NCBI GenBank assembly: GCA_963770895.1 | Contig: CAVYRF010000002.1 | Location: 1,312,001-1,376,000 of the forward strand | DNA: 64,000 nucleotides | Reading direction: 5' to 3' | Source: an uncultured Acidobacteriota bacterium | Lineage (GTDB): Bacteria > Acidobacteriota > Thermoanaerobaculia > Multivoradales > UBA5704 | Shown here: positions 31,408 through 40,437 of the stretch, piece by piece | Layout: each line of letters opens with the position of its first letter | Position numbering within the stretch: the first letter of the stretch is position 1 | Made by a program: the position numbers and the translations under genes | Notes under the pieces: generated by a model | Seen by the model: the letters and a program-made list of their open reading frames with translations, nothing else | What the model was told of the DNA's origin: nothing | Databases searched by the model: none

Positions 31408-32358
31408 ATGACCGCATCGACCATCACCCGCGCATCCAAAGAGTGGTTCCGCCGTCCGGCAGATGAGCGCTACCTGTCCCTCGCCGATTTGCGGAAGGCC
31501 ACCCACGAGCGCGCAAGGATCTCCCGAAGCAAGGTCATCATGAGTACGAGCCTCTACGCCGAGGGGGAGAGCGCGGCCGAAGGCTCCCTGTGGCTCCATC
31601 ATCGGGACATTGGCACTCTCTCCCTTACGGACTGGTCTCTCGGCCAGCTCGCCACCATTTCCCGCACACCAGCCCGCTGGCTTCGGGATGTCGCCCAGGT
31701 TCCGGCCGGCCCGATCCTCGCGGCCAATGCTCTGAACCTCGGACTCCGCTACCTCGCGGGGTGCGGTGAGAATCAGATGCTCACTCTTGACCACGGCGAG
31801 GAAGCGCCCAAGGAGCTTCGCGCCCTGGTCGGGAGAGACTACGGCCGCATCTACGACCATGAGGTTGTCGCCCTGGTCGAGGAAGTGGCCGCCGACCGCT
31901 GGCACATTCCGGCGGCAAGCTACCAGGCCCGCGATCCGCTCCGTGCGACAACCCTCTACGCCTCCGACCGCGATGTCTTCATCTTCCTGGTGGACGAGAA
32001 GAATCCGGTTGAAGTCCGCATCGGATCGGACGTGCGCCACCTCTTCCGCGGCTTCATGGTCTGGAACAGCGAGGTCGGCCACCACCGCTTAGGCATCCTC
32101 ACCTTCCTCTACGATTTCGTCTGCGACAACCGCATGGTGCACGGCGCGCGGGAGGTGAAGGAGCTCTCCATCCGCCACACCAAGAACGGCCCGTACCGCT
32201 TCGCGAGGGAGGCGCGCCCCATGCTTCAGGCTTACGCCGAGGCGTCGGTCTCCCAAGTCGAGAGCGAACTTCAGCGGGCAACCGAAACAATGGCGGGACG
32301 GCGCTCGCGCGGTCGATCCCGCATGCGGACCAGCGGGTTTCCTTCGAGCGCAAGGTGA
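31408..32358 (+). CDS. DUF932-like protein, possibly C-terminally truncated
   Basis: WFRRPADERYLSL, YGRIYDHEV, LYASDRDVFIFLVD, FRGFMVWNSEVG, VCDNRMV, IRH; AAGGAG RBS. Confidence 0.82.
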   Translation: MTASTITRASKEWFRRPADERYLSLADLRKATHERARISRSKVIMSTSLYAEGESAAEGSLWLHHRDIGTLSLTDWSLGQLATISRTPARWLRDVAQVPAGPILAANALNLGLRYLAGCGENQMLTLDHGEEAPKELRALVGRDYGRIYDHEVVALVEEVAADRWHIPAASYQARDPLRATTLYASDRDVFIFLVDEKNPVEVRIGSDVRHLFRGFMVWNSEVGHHRLGILTFLYDFVCDNRMVHGAREVKELSIRHTKNGPYRFAREARPMLQAYAEASVSQVESELQRATETMAGRRSRGRSRMRTSGFPSSAR

Positions 32359-32387
32359 GTTCGTTGCTCCGGGCTGCATAGCCCAAG

Positions 32388-32414
32388 AGCCCCTCCACTG
32401 GAGGGGCTTGTCTT
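32388..32414 (+). terminator. Terminator-like hairpin
   Basis: AGCCCCTCC-ACT-GGAGGGGCT followed by TGTCTT. Confidence 0.5.
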
Positions 32415-32506
32415 GTGGTAACATGGCGGTAACGGCGCACAAGAAACCAATAAAGTGGGGGCGCACACTACAAGCTATCTGAGCAGACTCTTTTGGAGAA
32501 GTACCA

Positions 32507-32938
32507 ATGGATGACATGGGTAACACATTGCAGAATGCTCGCCGGAGTTGGGACGAGCCATGGGGATGGTTCACATTTGAAGAGGGTAACCGGGTCATAC
32601 ATCTGCTTCTCCGGCGCAGCGATCCCGTTGCCCAGAGGCTAGACGAGGCTCGGCATCGAGGTGAACCTTTAGGAGGCAAATACTCCGCCCGCCTGGACCC
32701 TCCCCACACCCCGATGGGTCAACAGCACCTGCACCTCTTCGCCAATGGCAATCAACTCTGCGCCTTGAATGTAGACGGCACGGCTCACGACCGAAGCCAT
32801 AGCGTCCAAATCCCTCGGAGGGCTGCAGCAGGGATTACTAGGCGCTTTCCGCAGTTCCTCCTACCCTCGGACAATCTAATCGAGGCTTTTGATGTGAGAT
32901 CCGCAGATGACGTCAAAGCGCTCCTCGAATCGCTCTAA
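32507..32938 (+). CDS. Hypothetical protein with HxH...NxDGxxHD motif (DUF6367-like)
   Basis: RLDPPHTPMGQQHLHLF...LNVDGTAHD; GGAG RBS. Confidence 0.6.
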   Translation: MDDMGNTLQNARRSWDEPWGWFTFEEGNRVIHLLLRRSDPVAQRLDEARHRGEPLGGKYSARLDPPHTPMGQQHLHLFANGNQLCALNVDGTAHDRSHSVQIPRRAAAGITRRFPQFLLPSDNLIEAFDVRSADDVKALLESL

Positions 32939-34622
32939 GCGGCGGCCGAATGCTCCGAGAAAGGCGCAGCAAGTGCGACAGAGAAAGACAGCTCCATCTA
33001 CAGCACCTCCGGCAGCTCATAACGCGGGAGTGGTTTGGACGCCGACCTGGCTTGCCTCTTTAAGTGAAGCTGATCTCCGCACACAGGTGCTCATACCGTT
33101 GTTTGAGGCAATGGGCTATCAAGGGGTTTACCACCATCACGGCGGAGCGTCCGAACTCGGCAAAGACCTCGTCATGTGGAAGGATGACCCAGCCATCGGC
33201 CGCTCCTATTATGGCGTGGTTGCCAAAGCCGGTGACATAAAAGGTGGCGTGACATCATCAGCCATACAGACAGTACTAATTCAGATTCGCCAAAGCTTTG
33301 GCAAACCGTACACAGACCCTCATTCGGGCGAGGAAAGAGCCATCACAACATGCTTTGTGGTCACATCGGCAGGCTTTCCAAAGGAGGCCCGGGATAGCAT
33401 TCGCGCAGACCTGGGCGACGCACATAGGCATGTAACATTTCACGATGGCGCATCACTTTGGAAATTGGTGGAGACTTATCTCTCAGGCAGATTGCTGCCT
33501 CACTACCTTGAGTCGGCGGCCAAGCTTCTTAACGACACTCATCCTGACTGGGCAATTGATGTTCATATAGTTGGTCGAGATATCTCACTCGAGCTGGCGC
33601 CAAAGACCCCCGACGCGCCACCCCTTGCTTGGTCGTTAGTCCCGCGCTTTCCGAACACGCAAGAAGGTCTGGCCGCAAAAGAAGCGTACAAAGAACATCT
33701 CGCCGTTGGCTCCGAGGTAACGCTTGACGGCTCCATGATCGAACGCTTCACCGCGCCTGAGTTTCTCCAACACTTGCACCCACACCCGATCACATCTCTA
33801 ACACTCTTTACCCGCTTTATTCTTCCAAAACCGCTAGTCGTTAATTTTGTCATTCAGTCGCGAGATAGTGCGCAGGTGTTCGAAATATCAGGAATCACCC
33901 TATCTACAGGTCAGCGCGGAGAACTGGAGACCAGCATAAATAATGAATCTCAATATACGCCCTTCAGGTTCAGGCTTCGCTTCCCGAAAAGCGGGAACGG
34001 CAGTTTTTCGCTCAGATTCGACCTGGATGGGCACAATATATATCGCCTCTGGCAAGCCATTCAAGCACTGACCCTCCTGGCCACAGGCGCGGACATCTTC
34101 TTCGTCGACGCAGAGACCGGTCGACACCTTCTCGGTGGACAGCCGGAAACTGATTTTAAGGCGCCATCTGAAGAGTTCGCCGCAAGCGTTGGAAAACTAC
34201 TAACCATTCAAGAGTTGACTGCTACTAACTTTCAGATTCCAGACCATAGTCCCACCGCGGATGAACTCTTAGAAGTTGAGTATGCCTATATTGCGCTTAC
34301 AGTGGGGCACTGCCCCGTAACAGAACTCGGCCTTTCGGTACCAGCCAAGGATGCACAGAACATTCTGGTCTCCCACGAGAAAGAGGGCGCCACTTTTTTG
34401 ATGTCACAAGAGGACAGAGTAATATCGGTTTTTGGGCAAGAAATACATCTCGGCCCCGTGGAAGTAAGGTGCAAAAGAGCGACAATCCATCCCGACGACC
34501 TGCCGGCGCTGACTAGCAACACAAACGACGATGAGAATATCCTCTTTAGGATGATTCCTCTTGGGAGCGAAGCCATGGAAGCGTTTTTTCTGAATTGGCC
34601 CAAGCCGGGACACAACCCCTGA
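32907..34622 (+). CDS. Restriction-endonuclease-like (Mrr-type PD-(D/E)xK) N-terminal domain protein
   Basis: SEADLRTQVLIPLFEAMGY...ELGKDLV...VVAKAGD; low GC; uncharacterised C-terminal region. Confidence 0.72.
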   Translation: MTSKRSSNRSKRRPNAPRKAQQVRQRKTAPSTAPPAAHNAGVVWTPTWLASLSEADLRTQVLIPLFEAMGYQGVYHHHGGASELGKDLVMWKDDPAIGRSYYGVVAKAGDIKGGVTSSAIQTVLIQIRQSFGKPYTDPHSGEERAITTCFVVTSAGFPKEARDSIRADLGDAHRHVTFHDGASLWKLVETYLSGRLLPHYLESAAKLLNDTHPDWAIDVHIVGRDISLELAPKTPDAPPLAWSLVPRFPNTQEGLAAKEAYKEHLAVGSEVTLDGSMIERFTAPEFLQHLHPHPITSLTLFTRFILPKPLVVNFVIQSRDSAQVFEISGITLSTGQRGELETSINNESQYTPFRFRLRFPKSGNGSFSLRFDLDGHNIYRLWQAIQALTLLATGADIFFVDAETGRHLLGGQPETDFKAPSEEFAASVGKLLTIQELTATNFQIPDHSPTADELLEVEYAYIALTVGHCPVTELGLSVPAKDAQNILVSHEKEGATFLMSQEDRVISVFGQEIHLGPVEVRCKRATIHPDDLPALTSNTNDDENILFRMIPLGSEAMEAFFLNWPKPGHNP

Positions 34623-35057
34623 ATCGTTGCGCACGGTTTCGCAAGCAAGAACAGCCCCACACGTTTCTGTGCAGGGCTATTCTGCACCAGCTGTCTCGCC
34701 TTTACGGATTGTCCTCAAGCTCCAGGAGCTTGGCGATCATTCTTTGTGCATTGGCCCCTGACCGAGAGTCCTCTCGTTGTGGGTCACGCAAAGCAACAGA
34801 CAGCCAATTTGCAATGACCTGGTAGCGCTTCGACAGCTTAACCTCAACGTTTTTCCGAAGTACGGTGCAGTTCGAAACGACTTCCGCGACGAGAAGGCGC
34901 TTTTCCTCCGGCAGCGCCATCTCGTAGCTTTAACAGAGCGCTCTTTGCCAGTTCGAAAAACTCGCCGAGGCGTTTTGGGGCCGGCCTTTCGGCGTCATCC
35001 CTCTGGGCTGTTTTCTGGTCAAGGAGCGAGCGCTGCTCTTCGAGGAGTCCGAGCTTG

Positions 35058-36126
35058 TGCGGATTCCGGCGAAGGCGACCACCTGTTCCGACGCAAGGCG
35101 ACCAGTCTGGTCGGAGCGAAGCGACGAAGAGGCTCAGGTTGGGTTCAAGGTAGTACCTCGCCGTAGCCCGTCTTTCCGCTGAAATCCAAATCTGGCAGGG
35201 TTGTGCTCCGAGAGGAGGACGACCATGGACGAGTTGGCACGGCGGTTTCGCCATCAGGTTCCCCTTGGTCGGGCGCCTTTCCTCCATCCCCTCCGCCGGT
35301 TGGTGAGCATCGGTCGCTTCCACCGTAGGCCTCCCCTTGTCTGTTTCCGGCGTTTCCGCCTTCGTGCCCGCATAGGGTCGGCCATAGCCGCGTTTCCTCC
35401 ACTCTCGCTCGTTGTTCGGGGACTTCGTAGGTAGTACGCGCCCGTCTGACTTCCCGAGTCTGTTCATCGCTGGCTTCTGTCCGTAGACTTCCCAGCACGA
35501 CCCGTGGCACCATCTGCCCAGGGTGGACCCGGGATCTCCCGGTTCTCGCGTGAGATGGTTCTGTACATGCTCGAGGCCTCTGACCACGCGGGGTCCGTGC
35601 CCTTCTTGCCATACCGAAGGACCCGATGTTGCCTTCCGCCCGAGAGAACGGCGTCGGCACCCCGGACGACAAGCTTTTCGAGGCTCAATACTCGGCCTGT
35701 ACATACCCCTGTCAACGCTTCACGCCCGGCCTCACGACCGTCCGTGCATGACTCGGGGCCAGCATGGCTGGCTATGCCTTTGCTGTACGGCTCTTCCATC
35801 CGCTCCACCTCACCGGTTTATCCCGGCGCACTCTCTCGAATCTTCCTCATGCTCACTCTCCGTGCTGGCATCTCGACTCCTGATCGTCAAACGACCAGGA
35901 TGCCAGAGGTTTGTGAGCCCCTCCAAACGCTTATCGCGCATGCACTTACGGCGCATCGCGACCGGCATTCCGGGGAAGGCGACCACCCTTCCGGGCTTGG
36001 CGACCACTCTTCCGGCGGTCACACCAAAACCGGTCGTCTTCCCGTCGGAATCACTGGTCGCCTTCCGCCCGGAACGGTGGTCGCCTTCGACCCGGAATCG
36101 GTGGTCGCCTTCGACCGGATTACGCA
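35058..36126 (-). mobile_element. IS21-family element, internally deleted
   Basis: Termini TGCGGATTCCGG / CCGGATTACGCA; 8-bp target duplication CGAGCTTG (35050-35057, 36127-36134); multiple GAAGGCGACCA subterminal repeats; IstA-like start MPARRVSMRKIRE at 35871. Confidence 0.85.
35255..35831 (-). ncRNA. Group II intron 5' fragment (domains I-III; RT ORF and DV/DVI lost)
   Basis: Starts GTGCG at 35831 inside istA codon 14. Intron-typical text GATGGAAGAGCCGTACAGCAAAGG...GGCCCCGAGTCATGC...GAAGCGTTGACAGGGG...GGGAAGTCAGACGGGCGCGTACTACCTACGAAG. Downstream boundary approximate. Confidence 0.82.
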
Positions 36127-36812
36127 CGAGCTTGCGGCCTTCGAAGATTTCTTTCTCGATCGTGCCGTCAAGGAAGGCATCGGTGAGGCGCATGAGACGG
36201 CTCTCGACCAGCCCTTTTCGGCAAGCGCGAGAGAAAGGCTATCCAGGGTGAAGGCACCGGTTGCGTATGCTTCGAATGCCCATCTGATGAGCGGCCCATG
36301 TACCGGATCGATCTCCTTGGCCTTGCCTCTGCCGCGGTCGAGATAGCCGAGCGGAGCTTTCAGCGGATAGAGCCCCTGCTTCAGGCGGCCGTAGAATCCC
36401 TTGATGGTCTCTTCCCGAAGATTGCGGATGTAGTCCACGGCGACAACGGCCTGCACGTCGGCGGCCAGGCGGTCGTCGCGCGTCTCGATCCTGCGGTTCT
36501 CGCTTGCAATGTGGATCTCTACGCCCTCATCCATGAGGTCGTTCATGTCTGCCCAATCGAAGAAGTTCCGCGCACTGCGGTCTATCTTGTGGACGATCAC
36601 CCCTGCCGCGCCGGCTTTCCGGCGCTCGCGAAGCATCCGCTCGAAGACTCGCCGGCCGCGCTTTGCGGCCGTGACCTGATCCTCGTACCAGCGGTCAACA
36701 GCGAGATTATGCCGTCGAGCGTACTGCTCGATCGCGGTTCGCTGCTCTTGAAGCGAGACGCCTGTCTGCCCCTGCTTGGGCGTCGATACGCGTATATAGC
36801 CAAAGTAATGCT

Positions 36813-37049
36813 TCATGGCTTTTCATATTGATTTGTAAACGACCTTTCTGCGGCCATGGTAGGTTCTGAAGCGTCCGTTGTCAAAGCGCGAAGGGCGGCA
36901 AGGCGCTCGGGATCTGCCTCAATCGCCTCATATATTGTGAGGACGATCGCCAAATACCGCACCAATCCTTCGACGGCACTGTCTGTGTCTTCTCCCAGGA
37001 CAGGACTCAAGCGCTGTCGCAACTCGCGGAGCGCCTCGGTTTCTTTTGA

Positions 37050-37061
<12 letters not shown>
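36813..37061 (-). CDS. Hypothetical protein upstream of the serine recombinase
   Basis: ATGA overlap with the recombinase start; 82 aa, predicted helical. Confidence 0.55.
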
Positions 37062-38440
<1,379 letters not shown>

Positions 38441-38462
38441 GCGGAGACCGACAGGACGCCTC

Positions 38463-38491
38463 ATTCTAGAGGCGCCCGCTACGAGAGTCAA
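38463..38491 (-). promoter_or_regulatory. Sigma70 promoter for tRNA-Ser
   Basis: TTGACT-N17-TAGAAT, 22 bp upstream of the tRNA. Confidence 0.75.
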
Positions 38492-38505
38492 AATGACTGG
38501 CTGAA

Positions 38506-39042
38506 TGAGACGCCGTCTCCGACCTGGGCTTCTCGCATGGTGCCGGCGTCCCCCTTGTGCCGATCCGAATTGGCGTGGCGAAACCCGCCCTCGGGGGACA
38601 CCGGCGGGGCGCTTGCTCCCAGCGTCCGCGACGGGCGCCGGCAGGGGTTCGCGCGTCCCGAAGGATTGCCGGGCGCCCGATCTACGGCCGGCCCAACGCG
38701 AACACCGCGGTCGCGAGCCGGGCGCCCCGCACTTGCTTGCGGACAAGCCGGCCTGGCTTCGGCGCCCGCCTCAACCGTGGGGAGGAAGCCCCCCGCCGAG
38801 GTCCCCGCGAGTCAGCAACTCCGCCTCCTTCCGCAACGCCGCCGCGGGGACCTCGGCGTAAAGGATTTGAGACTCCCTCTCCCACCTGGTCTTCTCGAAG
38901 GGGTGCCGGCGTCCCCCTTGTGCCGATCCGAATCGGCGTGGCGAAACCCGCCCTCGGGGGACACCGGCGGGGTGCTTGCTCCCAGCGTCCGCGACGGGCG
39001 CCGGCAGGGGTTCGCGCGCCCAGAAGAATTGCCGGGCGCCCG
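38506..39042. repeat. Two ~174-bp near-identical direct repeats with an intervening hairpin
   Basis: Copies at 38506-38679 and 38868-39042; spacer contains the inverted pair CGCCGAGGTCCCCGCG / CGCGGGGACCTCGGCG. Confidence 0.88.
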
Positions 39043-39123
39043 GCGCACGCAGCACACAGCGTACGCGAAGGCAATACAGACCTAAGTGTGAAAAACGCCG
39101 CACAGCTGTCGCCGGTGCGGCCC

Positions 39124-39181
39124 TAGAATCGCCGCGGGCCTCCGGACCTCATCCGGCAGGCGGATGCCGGATGAGGTCCGG
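39124..39181 (+). promoter_or_regulatory. -10-like box and perfect 17-bp 5'-UTR hairpin upstream of a peptide gene
   Basis: TAGAAT (39124-39129); CCGGACCTCATCCGGCA-GGCGGA-TGCCGGATGAGGTCCGG (39142-39181); then AAGGAG. Confidence 0.6.
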
Positions 39182-39196
39182 CAAAGGAGAGCGAAC

Positions 39197-39382
39197 ATGC
39201 GCAAGAGTGCTCGGAAGTTCCGGCTGCATCGTGAATCGCTGCGCCGGCTGGATCCGGCGGCCTTGGGGCAGATGGTCGGCGGCATCAAGGCCACCGGGGT
39301 TCCGACCGCCTGCGACGCGGCATCGGGGTGTGCTTACAGTCTTTGTCGCAACTACCTTTCCGTCTGTAACAACCTCTGCTGA
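39197..39382 (+). CDS. Putative RiPP (lanthipeptide-like) precursor peptide, 61 aa
   Basis: AAGGAG RBS; leader KFRLHRESLRRL...MVGG; core with 5 Cys and several Ser/Thr. Confidence 0.8.
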   Translation: MRKSARKFRLHRESLRRLDPAALGQMVGGIKATGVPTACDAASGCAYSLCRNYLSVCNNLC

Positions 39383-39571
39383 TCGACGCCCCTGCGGGCG
39401 CGCCCGCCGCTTCGCCGCAGGGCGAGCGGCTGGGCCAGGGCGCCGGCGTTGCCGCGCCGGGCGGGGCGGCAACGCCGGGCGTCCATCCAGCAGCGACAGC
39501 TACGGCGGCCGGCGGCGCGGCAGGTCAGCGTGCGGCGCCACCGGCGCAACGGTCACAGCCGGCCCGCCGGC

Positions 39572-39763
39572 TCAAGCGTTGGTGACCGGCTCGGGGCAGG
39601 GCTTCTGGGTGAACTGCGGGCACCAGGCGGGCGTCGACGGGCAGCCGTCGACGACGGACGGGTTGGTGGTGGTGATGACGGCGCCGCCCGCCGGCAGGCG
39701 GAGATCGGCGGCCACATGCAGGCAGCGGAGGGTTTCACGGCTGAGATTGAGCTTCTTTTTCAT
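39572..39763 (-). CDS. Putative RiPP (lanthipeptide-like) precursor peptide, 63 aa
   Basis: AAGGGAG RBS; leader KLNLSRETLRCL...PAGG; Thr/Ser/Pro-rich core with 3 Cys. Confidence 0.78.
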   Translation of the reverse strand: MKKKLNLSRETLRCLHVAADLRLPAGGAVITTTNPSVVDGCPSTPAWCPQFTQKPCPEPVTNA

Positions 39764-39977
39764 CGTCGTCTCCCTTTCGACCAGGCTTTGACACTGCGGT
39801 TCTGTTCTCTAGTGTGCAGGCGCCGGTAACGGCCGGGACGCTGGGGCGGGCGCTCCCGCTGGGGGGCAGAGAGACGAACGCTCCGCCTGCAGCCCCGCCG
39901 GCAGGACCCGGCGGTCGCAAGGACCGGGGACCCGGCGGGGGGGTGGCAGGGCAGCTGGAGGAGGGCCGGGCCGGGAG

Positions 39978-40361
39978 CTACTCGAAAGCGGCGGCGACCA
40001 GCTTGGGGGGGCCGCCGGCGGCGGCCAGTTCTGCGACCAGGACGGTTTCGTTGCTGCCGAAATCGTTGGGCGCGAAGGTGACCTTGACGGTCTTGGCATC
40101 GGCGACCTGGGGTTGGCCGGCCGGAGTGTTGAAAAAGATGCCTTCGTACTCGAAGTTGAACTTGCAGGCGTCGATCTGGATCGGCCGGTCGCATTCGAGG
40201 CGCACGGTGCGCGCGGAGAACGGGACGTTGGTCGCCAGGCGGACGCGCAGGATGTCCACGGGCGAGCCCTGGTGGTCCCTGCGATCAAGCTCTTCGGATT
40301 CGCTCTTGAGGCGGGGTTGGGCCTGTGTGCCGGCGGACCCCGGCGGGTTTCTCCAGGTCAT
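39978..40361 (-). CDS. Hypothetical protein (about 127 aa)
   Basis: Host-like third-position GC, balanced composition, divergent from tkt. Confidence 0.6.
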   Translation of the reverse strand: MTWRNPPGSAGTQAQPRLKSESEELDRRDHQGSPVDILRVRLATNVPFSARTVRLECDRPIQIDACKFNFEYEGIFFNTPAGQPQVADAKTVKVTFAPNDFGSNETVLVAELAAAGGPPKLVAAAFE

Positions 40362-40437
40362 GGGCCGAGTATACACGAGGCCTCAAACGTGCAGGATAGA
40401 CTGTTGGCTGGCCGAAGCCGAGGGAGGGTTTGCGACG

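Larger units (their letters stand above)
34702..36816 (-). pseudogene. Large serine recombinase, internally deleted, frameshifted and split by IS21
   Basis: YIRVSTPKQ and HKIDRSARN catalytic motifs at the 5' end. RLTDAFLDGTIEKEIFEGRK at about 36193-36130 resumes past the insertion as LGLLEEQRSLL...; C-terminal piece at 34702-34920. Confidence 0.82.

Noticed and set aside
34844-35808. Several 100-290 aa ORFs in both directions
   Set aside because: They overlie group II intron RNA and IS ends; no RT (YADD) motif is present
35960-36126. Regularly spaced ~23-bp repeats (GGTCGCCTTC) resembling a mini-CRISPR
   Set aside because: Period too short, no unique spacers and no cas genes; they match IS21 subterminal repeats
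38505-39126. ORFs with internal duplications over the ~174-bp repeats
   Set aside because: All frames are open because of GC richness; no RBS or codon bias supports any one frame
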